From: an uncultured Thermoleophilia bacterium
Lineage (GTDB): Bacteria; Actinomycetota; Thermoleophilia; Gaiellales; Gaiellaceae
Assembly: GCA_963716005.1 (NCBI GenBank)
Contig: OY970285.1
Location: 1,427,745 to 1,491,744 of the forward strand
Direction: 5' to 3'
Length of the DNA stretch: 64,000 nt
The number at the start of each line of letters is the position of its first letter. Within the stretch, counting starts at the first letter, position 1. The notes under the pieces are model-generated. The model was not told the DNA's origin and made no database searches. It worked only from the letters and a program-made list of their open reading frames with translations. Positions 9,205 to 16,867 of the stretch are shown here, in pieces. The position numbers were made by a program, and so were the translations under genes.

Positions 9205-10466
9205 CCGACGACGGCTTTCGCTCCGACCTCGCCCGCGAGACCGCGCCCGGCGCGCTCGAGCGGTTCATCCGCTACGTGCGAATCGACACACAGGCCGATC
9301 CGACCTCCGACACGGTTCCCTCGACGGCGAAGCAGCTCGACCTCTCGCGGATCCTGGTCGAGGAGCTGCACGAGCTCGGAATCGACGACGCGTTCCTGAA
9401 CGACGAGGGGTACGTCCTCGCGACCGTGCCGGCGACCGTCGAGCGCGACGTTCCGACGGTCGCGTTCCTCGCGCACGTCGACGTCGCGCCGGACGCGCCG
9501 GGGGACAACGTCCAGCCGCAGGTGATCCGCTACGACGGAGGCCGCGTGCCGCTCCCGGGCGATCCCGCGATCGCGCTCGACCCCGAGGTGAGCCCGAAGC
9601 TCCTCGACCACGTCGGGCACGAGCTGGTCACGAGCGACGGCACGACGCTGCTCGGTGCCGACGACAAGGCCGGCGTGGCGACGATCATGGCCGCGGCCGA
9701 GTACCTGCTGGCGCACCCGGAGATCGAGCACGGGCCGATCCGGATCTGCTTCACGCGCGACGAGGAGATCGGAACCGGCACCGACGAACTCGAGTTGGAC
9801 GCGCTCGGCGCGGACGCCGCCTACACGCTGGACGGCTCGACGGCGGGCGAGATCGAGAACGAGACATGGACGGCGCGCGAGGCGACGATCACGTTCACCG
9901 GTGTCGCAGTCCACCCGGGCTACGCGAAGGACCGGCTCGTGAACGCGCTCAAGGTCGCAGCCCACTTCATCGCAGCGCTGCCGGCCGCATCGCTCTCGCC
10001 GGAGACGACCGAAGGCCGCAACGGCTTCGTGCATCCGTGGCGCGCGTCCGGAAACAGCGAGGTCTTCACGCTCGTGATGATCCTGCGCGCCTTCGACGAC
10101 GACTCGCTGGAGGAGAAGGAACAGCTCGTACGCCGGCTCGCCGACGAAGCGGTCGCGGCGTACCCGGGCTCCTCTGTCGAGATCGAGGTGACGGAGCAGT
10201 ACCGGAACATGAAGGAGTACCTCGACGACCATCCGCACGTCCTCGACAAGGCACTCGAGGCGGTGCGGCGTACCGGGATCGAGCCGACGCTCCACGAGAT
10301 CCGCGGCGGCACCGACGGCTCGAGGCTCTCCGAGCGCGGCCTCCCCACGCCGAACCTCCCCACCGGCGGACACGACTTCCACAGCCGCTCCGAGTGGTGC
10401 TGCGTCGCCGACCTCGGCGCCGCCGTCGCGACGGTCGTCCACCTCGCTCAGATCTGGGCGGAGTGA
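9201..10466 (+). CDS. pepT: peptidase T (tripeptide aminopeptidase, M20B)
   Basis: RFIRYVRIDTQADP, HVDVAPD, GADDKAGVA, FTRDEEIG, GGTDGS. The GTG start at 9201 overlaps the upstream TGA (GTGA). The listed ORF start at 8844 is an out-of-context extension. Confidence 0.88.
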   Translation: MTDDGFRSDLARETAPGALERFIRYVRIDTQADPTSDTVPSTAKQLDLSRILVEELHELGIDDAFLNDEGYVLATVPATVERDVPTVAFLAHVDVAPDAPGDNVQPQVIRYDGGRVPLPGDPAIALDPEVSPKLLDHVGHELVTSDGTTLLGADDKAGVATIMAAAEYLLAHPEIEHGPIRICFTRDEEIGTGTDELELDALGADAAYTLDGSTAGEIENETWTAREATITFTGVAVHPGYAKDRLVNALKVAAHFIAALPAASLSPETTEGRNGFVHPWRASGNSEVFTLVMILRAFDDDSLEEKEQLVRRLADEAVAAYPGSSVEIEVTEQYRNMKEYLDDHPHVLDKALEAVRRTGIEPTLHEIRGGTDGSRLSERGLPTPNLPTGGHDFHSRSEWCCVADLGAAVATVVHLAQIWAE

Positions 10467-10467
10467 G

Positions 10468-10541
10468 GGTGGCGGATGGGACTCGAACCCACGACAACCG
10501 GGACCACAACCCGGGGCTCTACCAACTGAGCTACCGCCACC
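10468..10541 (-). tRNA. tRNA-His (GTG)
   Basis: The reverse complement GGTGGCGGTAGCTCAGTTGGTAGAGCCCCGGGTTGTGGTCCCGGTTGTCGTGGGTTCGAGTCCCATCCGCCACC has the extra 5' G(-1) paired to C73 and the anticodon loop TTGTGGT. It is close to E. coli tRNA-His. Confidence 0.92.
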
Positions 10542-10588
10542 GCGCAAGGCTCATCCTAGCGTTGCCGCTGCTACCGTCGCCCCCGCGG

Positions 10589-10661
10589 GCGCCTGTAGCT
10601 CAGTGGACAGAGCGGCGGACTTCTAATCCGCGGGTCGGAGGTTCGAATCCTCCCAGGCGCA
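10589..10661 (+). tRNA. tRNA-Arg (TCT)
   Basis: GCGCCTGTAGCTCAGTGGACAGAGCGGCGGACTTCTAATCCGCGGGTCGGAGGTTCGAATCCTCCCAGGCGCA. Clean cloverleaf with anticodon loop CTTCTAA. Confidence 0.92.
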
Positions 10662-10713
10662 TTTCTCAAACCGGCTGGCCACGTAGGCCATACGGCCGCC
10701 GCGCATGAAGACT

Positions 10714-10740
10714 GCCGCGCCCGCACGAGGCGGGCGCGGC
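10714..10740. other. perfect 11-bp GC hairpin (GCCGCGCCCGC-ACGAG-GCGGGCGCGGC) 53 nt downstream of tRNA-Arg
   Basis: Read directly from the sequence. No U-tract follows on the + strand, so a terminator role is unproven. Confidence 0.35.
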
Positions 10741-10891
10741 CGGACGAGACAGGTCCAGCGGCGGGGAGCGACTGCGCGAAGCCGCCCCCGCCGTGGACCG
10801 ACAGGTGGTGGTTTTGGCGTGCCACCGCCCGGAGCGCGAGACGGGTGTGCCGCGAGGCGTCCCGCGCTCTGGGAACGAGGAGGGCCGCCGC

Positions 10892-10905
10892 GGAAAAACT
10901 TGCGC
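10892..10905 (+). promoter_or_regulatory. A-rich 14-mer GGAAAAACTTGCGC, copy 1 (121 nt upstream of ATG 11027)
   Basis: An identical 14-mer recurs in sense orientation upstream of the ECF sigma gene (12931-12944, - strand). Confidence 0.3.
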
Positions 10906-11026
10906 AGCCGAGGAGATCCGGAGTAGGCGATCGAGGCACCTCGAATTGGCTACGGCGCCATCGCCCCACGCGCCGCGCGATCCGATCTTCATGGGAGTCG
11001 TACTCCCAAGCGAAAGGAGATCGTCA

Positions 11027-11572
11027 ATGCCGACACGCGACACGCCGGAGACGACCTCTGGCCCCGCCGTCTGGACGCTCATCGACGCGTTGCTCACCGA
11101 CGGTCAGAGCCATTCGGGACCGCTCAAGGACAAGGATCGCCTGCGCTCCGCACCGGCTTCTCCCGACGCGCAGGCGGATGCCGTCGTTCCGGCTCGCGCC
11201 GATCGCGCTGGCCGCCATCGCGGTCGCCGCGTTTCTTGCGTACTCATCCGCCGACTTCCAGGGCGGCGGCAACGGGTCGGTCGCGCCGAGCGTCGACGCG
11301 CTCCCCGGCAACCCCCCGGCGCTCGTGAGCGTCCCGCCGAAGCAGAAGAAGCAGCGGGCGCAGATGCCGGCGAAGGTCGAGACGGTGGCCTACAGGGCAA
11401 CGCGTCCGGCCACGCGAAGCTCGAACCCGCCGAAGGCCCCGGCCGTCAAGGCGCCGCCGGCGAATCAGACCACGCCCGAGGCGCCCCCGCGACGACCGAT
11501 GCGGTCGCCGGTCTCCCGATCGAGCTGCCGGAGCTTCCGATCGACCTCGGCATCCTCCCGCTCCGAAGCTAG
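11027..11572 (+). pseudogene. membrane-anchored Pro/Lys-rich hypothetical protein; needs about 2 frame changes as assembled
   Basis: AAAGGAG RBS followed by ATG 11027 (MPTRDTPETTSGPAVWTLIDALL...). A TM segment (MPSFRLAPIALAAIAVAAFLAY) and the tail (AVAGLPIELPELPIDLGILPL) lie in the other two frames. Confidence 0.35.
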
Positions 11573-11672
11573 ACCCGAGTACGGCGGAGGCGGCCTTCCG
11601 GGCCGCCTCCGTCAGGGATCCGGATCGCGTCGACGAAGCACACTCGCCCGAGGCGAGCCACGCGATCCACAC

Positions 11673-12230
11673 CTAAGGACGCCCGTGCCGCGAAAACCTT
11701 GCGCGGCGGGCGGAAGCTACTAGAGCCGGAGCGTCTGGGATCTCGATGCCGGGCAGCTGCAGCTCGGGTGGAAGCAACGGATTCACGTGCCGCCCACGAC
11801 GTCGTCGACGACGTCCTCGAGGCCGTGACGCGCCCACGGTGGCGTTCACCGTGTCGACGATCGGGTCGACGGGCGTCGGGACGACGAGCGGATCCGCCGC
11901 CCACGGTCGGGGCGACCGCCGCCGCGGGGCCGGTCGCGGCTGGCCGGGCTTCTGCTTGGCGGCCGGCTTCGGCGCCGGCGTCGTCTTGCGGCGGAGGCGT
12001 CGGGCTTTCTCGCCAGGCGAACACGCCGAGGCCGGGGCCGAGGCGACCCGCGTGCTCGGGCTCGACAGGCCGGCGGAGATGGCCGCTGCTCCACGTCGGA
12101 GGGGACGCCCAGGCCGATCGCAAGCGCGGCAACCGAAGCGGCGACGCCGACCTTCGCGGCCTTCCGATGCCGAGGAAGCCCTTGAGCGCGGCGACGAACG
12201 AGCCCAGGCCCGAGAGCCGCAGCTTCGCCG
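11673..12230 (-). pseudogene. anti-sigma-like or sigma C-terminal extension: one TM segment plus a Pro-rich extracytoplasmic region; frame-broken
   Basis: No stop follows sigma region 4. KAAKVGVAASVAALAIGLGV (TM) and KTTPAPKPAAKQKPGQP...VVPTPVDPIVDTVNATV...VNPLLPPELQLPGIEIP are spread over three frames. Boundaries are approximate. Confidence 0.3.
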
Positions 12231-12771
12231 GAAAGGGATGCTCGAGCCGCTGCGCCAGCGAGCGGCGGGCACGGAAGATGAGCGTCTCGACCGCCGAAGC
12301 GGACAGCCCCAGCTCTTCGGCGATCTCCGCGTACGAGCAGCCCCGCCATTCCCGCATGACGATCGCCCGCCGCTGCAGCTCGGGCATGTCGGCGAGCGCG
12401 TCCGAGAGCGAGAAGAGCTGCTCGCCGGCCGCCTCGCGCCGGGCGCGACAGCCTCGAGCGCCTGCGGGTCGCGAGCAGCTCGCGCGCGCGACTCAATCCA
12501 CGCGATCGAAACCGGGCGCGGCACGTGTTCCGGGCGATCGTGAAGAGCCAGGCTGCCTCCTTCCGCGGGACCGCCCCGCGCTCGAATGCGCCCAGGGCCG
12601 CGAGGAACGTCGTCTGAGTGGCGTCCTCTGCCTCCTCCCTGTTGCCGAGCTGGTAGAGGCAGAAGCCGTAGATCCGGTCGTAGAAGCGCTCGTACAGCGT
12701 CGCGGCGGTCGGACGCCGCCGGCGGGCACAGTCTCGGGAAGAGGAACCTGATGCAGGGACGCTGGGCTCAT
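12231..12771 (-). pseudogene. ECF-type (sigma-70 family) RNA polymerase sigma factor; at least 2 frame breaks as assembled
   Basis: The ATG at 12771 opens one frame (MSPASLHQVPLPETVP...). Region 2 (LYERFYDRIYGFCLYQLGNREEAEDATQTTFLAA...WLFTIARNTC) is in a second frame that has no in-frame start codon. Region 4 (LADMPELQRRAIVMREWRGCSYAEIAEELGLSASAVETLIFRARRSLAQRL) is back in the first frame. Confidence 0.75.
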
Positions 12772-12930
12772 GTGCCTATACGCACGGTACCCCTCAAAAA
12801 CGCCGTACCAATCCTCGTTTCGCGCAGATCCCCCTCTTAGGCCACCCGGCGGCGCGGATGAGGGACGCCGCCGGTCAGCCCGGCGGATACGGCCGGGCGC
12901 AAGGCGTTTGAGCAACCCGCTTGAAACCCC

Positions 12931-12944
12931 GCGCAAGTTTTTCC
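12931..12944 (-). promoter_or_regulatory. A-rich 14-mer GGAAAAACTTGCGC, copy 2 (about 160 nt upstream of the ECF sigma ATG)
   Basis: Reverse complement of gcgcaagtttttcc. See copy 1 at 10892-10905. Confidence 0.3.
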
Positions 12945-13001
12945 AGATTGCGCCCCCTTTAGCGATACGACCACGAACGAAAGGGTGCCAAATGCGCGGA
13001 T

Positions 13002-13686
13002 ATGCAGAGGAATTTTCGTTCGAAAGCGACTACCGGCCGGGTGGCGTGGAGCTGCTCCCCATGCCAGAGCTGGAGCGCACGACGCTGCGTCGTCGCCGAC
13101 GACCACCCGGTCGTCCTCCAAGCAGTGTGTGCCTACCTCGAGGCGAGGGGCATCCAGATCGTCGCCCGCGCGATCGAGGGCCGTGACGCGCTCGCCCGGA
13201 TCGCAGAGCAGCAGCCGCAGGTCGCACTCGTCGACCTCGGACTGCCCAACCTGAGCGGCGCCGTCGCCGCGAACTCGATCCGCAAGGTCGCGCCCGACAC
13301 CGCGGTGATCATCTTCACCGGCCACGCCGAGCTCGGACAGGCAACCGCAGCGCTCGACGCGGGCGCCCGCGGGTTTCGTCCTCAAGGAGGCGCCGCTCTG
13401 CGAGCTCGCCCGCGCGATCGAAGTCGTGGGCGCCGGCGGCTGCTACGTCGATCCGGCATTCGCCGGAGCACTGATGGAGTCGGGCGTCGCCCGCCTTCTC
13501 ACGGCAACCGAGCGCGAGCTGCTTCGGCTCGTCGCCGACGGCCTCACGAACGACGAGGTCGGAGAGCGGATCTTCCTCTCGGGACACACCGTCCAGAAGA
13601 GGCTCGCCACGGTGATGGCCAAGCTCGGCGTCGGCACCCGCACCGAAGCGGTGGCCCTCGCGCTCCGACAGCACATCATCGCGTGA
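13002..13686 (+). CDS. NarL/LuxR-family response regulator (REC + HTH); one frame break near 13383-13385, start uncertain
   Basis: VVADDHPVVLQAV...VDLGLPNLSG...ALDAGARGF is in one frame. VLKEAPLCELARAIEVVGAGGCYVDP...TERELLRLVADGLTNDEVGERIFLSGHTVQKRLATVMAKLGV is in the next. The junction gggtttcgtc would be in frame with one fewer T. Confidence 0.8.
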
Positions 13687-13696
13687 GGAGGCAGAC

Positions 13697-15748
13697 ATGC
13701 TGAAGCTTGCCTCCCCCGACACCGTCATGGCCGTGCCGGCCACGCTGCGCGACCGGCTCCGCCTGAACGGATCCGGCGAGCGGAGCGAGCGCCCGGCGAT
13801 GGCCCGGGCGGCGTTCTACCTCTTCGCAGTCGGCGGCCTGCTCGCGCTCGTGTCGCTCACCCTGCCGACCGAGCAGCCGCGCAACGAAGCCGCGCTCGCG
13901 GCAACCGCGCTCACCGCGCTCGCGTTCTCGTTCCTCCCGCTGGTCGCGTTCGACCGCCTGCCCGTCTGGGCGTTCGAGCTCCTCTGCGCCGGAGGCACGC
14001 TGCTCGCGAGCACCGCGCTCTACGTCGGTGGCGCGGACGCGTACGAGTTCTTCTACTTCTGGGTCGCCCTCTACGCGGCCTACTTCTTCGGACACTCCGG
14101 CTGAGATGCTCCAGCTCGGGCTCGTCCTGGCGTGCTACGCGGTGGTCGAATACGCGGCGCCTGCCGGCTCGCCCAGTCCGTCCGGCTCGTGATCGCGAGC
14201 GGTGCGCTCATCGTCGCCGCGACGACCGTGGCGCTCCTCAAGGCGCGGCTCGTCGCGGTGATCGATCGGCTCGAGGCGGTCCTCGAGGCGTCTCCGCTCG
14301 CGGTCGTGGAGCTCGACTCCCGCGGACAGGTCCGCGGCTGGTCGGCCGGCGCCGAGCGGCTCTTCGGCTGGTCGCGGGACGAAGTGGCGGGCGAGCGCCT
14401 CCCCATGGCGGCCGCGGGCAAGAGCGTCGGGCATCTCTTCGAGCGCGTCATGGCCGACGCGCCGCTGAACGGCCACGAGCTCGACTGCAGCCGCAAGAAC
14501 GAGCCTCCGGTCTCGACCGCGCTCTACACCGCGCCGCTCGCCGGCGACGGCTTCCACGCGGGCGGCCGGCTGCTCCTCGCGGCCGACGTCAGCGCCCGGA
14601 CGAAGCTCGAGGAGCGGCTCACCCGCGCGGCCAAGATGGAGGTCATGGGCCGCCTGGCGAGCGGCATCGCCCACGACTTCGGGAACCTCGTCCTCATCAT
14701 CCGCACCCACGCCTCGCTCGCCAAGGACCGCGTCGGTCCGGCCGTCGAGACCGAGGTGGCGGCGATCGAGCAGGCCTGCGGCGACGCGACGCGGATCCTC
14801 CGCGAGCTCCTCGCCTTCGGCCGGCACGAGACGCTCGAGCCCGCGATCCTCGACCTCGACGACCTCCTCGCGAGCGTCGCGGCGATGATCGACCCGCTGC
14901 TCGACGGCGGTCTCGAGCTCACGCATACGCGCAGCGAGCGGCCCGCGACCGTCCTGGCCGACCGGACGCAGCTCGAGCTGATCGTCCTCAACCTGGCCCT
15001 GAACGCCCGCGACGCGCAGCCCGACAGCGGAACGATCCGCCTCGAGACGCACGCCGGCGAACATGCGGTCGAGCTCCGCGTCACCGACACGGGCAGCGGC
15101 ATGGACGAGTACACGCTCGCCCGCGTCTTCGATCCGTTCTTCTCCACGAAGGACGAGGAGCAGGGCACCGGGCTCGGCCTGTCGATCGTCCACGACCTGG
15201 TCGTCGGAAACGGCGGCCAGATCGACGTCGAGAGCGAGCCCGGCGTGGGAACGACGTTCCGTGTCGTCCTTCCGCTCGCGGCTCGCCCGGCCGTGCTCCA
15301 CAGCACCGGCGCCCGAGGAGCTCCTCACCGTCGACCACGGACTCGAGACGGTGCTCCTCGTCGAGGACGATCCCGAGGTGCGCGAGTCGCTCGGCCTGGC
15401 GCTCGAGCACTACGGCTACCGGATCCTCTCGGCGAGCGGCCCGGCGGGAAGCGCTCGAGCTGGCCGCCTTCGAGACGATCGACGTGGCCGTCACCGACGT
15501 GGAGGCGGATCCGGGCGACGAGCTCGCGAGCAGGCTCGGGGGCATCCCGGTCGTCTACATCGCCGGTCACGGAGGACGCAGCACCGATCTCCGCGCCGGA
15601 CACGTGCCTCGTCCGGCCGTTCACTCCTATCCATCTCGCTCGAGCGATTCGAGCGGCTCTACGCGATCCAGGGAGCGCCGGCCGGGCAGCCGTCCGTACC
15701 TCCCAAACGGCCGTTCGCACCCTGGAAGTCGCGCAGGTGGCGGGCTGA
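13697..15748 (+). pseudogene. membrane hybrid sensor histidine kinase (multi-TM N-terminus, PAS, HisKA, HATPase_c, C-terminal REC); at least 5 frame breaks
   Basis: The TM region 13697-14104 continues in other frames (LQLGLVLACYAVVEY; VRLVIASGALIVAATTVALL). The kinase core shows GIAHDFGNLV, LNLALNARDA, DTGSGM and GTGLGLSIV. The REC pieces TVLLVEDDPEVRESLG / IDVAVTDVEADPG / LVRPFTPIHLARAIRAAL lie in three frames. Confidence 0.75.
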
Positions 15749-15911
15749 CGATGGTCGCCTTTCTGATCCCTGCGGTCAGGCGAATCCTCCCGTCGATCCG
15801 ACCGCCGATCCCACGGCCGGCGCAGCTCTCATCCCGGGCTGCGCCGGCCCTACCCCGTTCGAGTGATTCGGCGCATGTATCTGGCCTCGGCCGGGTCTCG
15901 TACCACACAAC

Positions 15912-15929
15912 CGAGATCAACTGATCTCG
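15912..15929. promoter_or_regulatory. perfect palindrome CGAGATCA-AC-TGATCTCG abutting the Shine-Dalgarno sequence of the 15944 gene
   Basis: Read directly from the sequence. AAGGAGG follows at 15930-15936 and the ATG is at 15944. Confidence 0.35.
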
Positions 15930-15943
15930 AAGGAGGCAACCAA

Positions 15944-16704
15944 ATGAACTGGATGCGCACCACGACCATCACCGCGGTCATCGCGGTTGCAATGGCAGCG
16001 CTGTGCGTCCCCGCGTTCGGACAGGTTTCCATTCTCGATCCGAGCAGCGGTGACGATGGCAACGTCCCCGTCACGATCGGGACGATCAAGGTGAAGAGCA
16101 ACACCGATCAGACCGGCAGCAAGGACATCACGGTGCCGGGTGAGGGCGAAGGCTCGGCTTCGGTCGGCCCGTCGCCTGGAATCGGTGGAGTCCTCCAGGT
16201 TTCGTGCATCGGCGGCGTCCTGGGCGGCGGCTCGACCAACGCCGGTCTCGCCGCGGACATCGGCGAGTGCGGCTCGGGCGGCGGCACGCCCGGCAACGGC
16301 GGCGGCAACAACGGCGGTGGAAACAACGGTGGTGGCGACGGCGATGGCGACACGACCGTCCCCGGGCTCCCCGACCTGCCGCGATGTGTCGACGTGGCTC
16401 TTTGCTGAGCGTCGCACTCGATCTCGAGTGTGAGGGTGCCGGCGGCAACGGCACCGGCCCGACGAAGCCCCGCAACACCGGCGACGACGACAACGCCGAC
16501 GGCGCGGGCTCGACCGGCGCCAACGGCGGCAACGGTGGTAGTGGGGACGGTTCGGCTACGTCCTGCATCGACGAGGCCGCGAACGTCAGCGGCACGTCCG
16601 GCAAGGGCCCGCTCGTGGGCGGGCTCGCCCTCGGTCTCCTGATGTTCGCCCTCGGCGCACTCTCGCGCCGCCGGCGCACCGGCTCGACCGAAGCCGCGCT
16701 CTAA
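15944..16704 (+). CDS. secreted Gly/Asn-rich protein with C-terminal hydrophobic helix and RRRR tail; one frame break near 16400
   Basis: GGAGG RBS. Signal peptide MNWMRTTTITAVIAVAMAALCVPAFG. GNGGGNNGGGNNGGGDGDGD low-complexity region. After an apparent extra T in a T-run, the next frame continues to ...GKGPLVGGLALGLLMFALGALSRRRRTGSTEAAL. Confidence 0.55.
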
Positions 16705-16867
16705 CGCGTCTGGCCAGGCCCGTGGACGGTTGGGGGCCGTCCACGGGCCTTCTCCGCTCTCGCTTTCCCGGGACGGAAGCGCTGGACTTCCGTCACCCAC
16801 GTTAGACTTCTCCTCAGTCGAGTTAGAGACTTCTCGTACAAACTCGACAGGGCGAGAGGAGGCGGCC

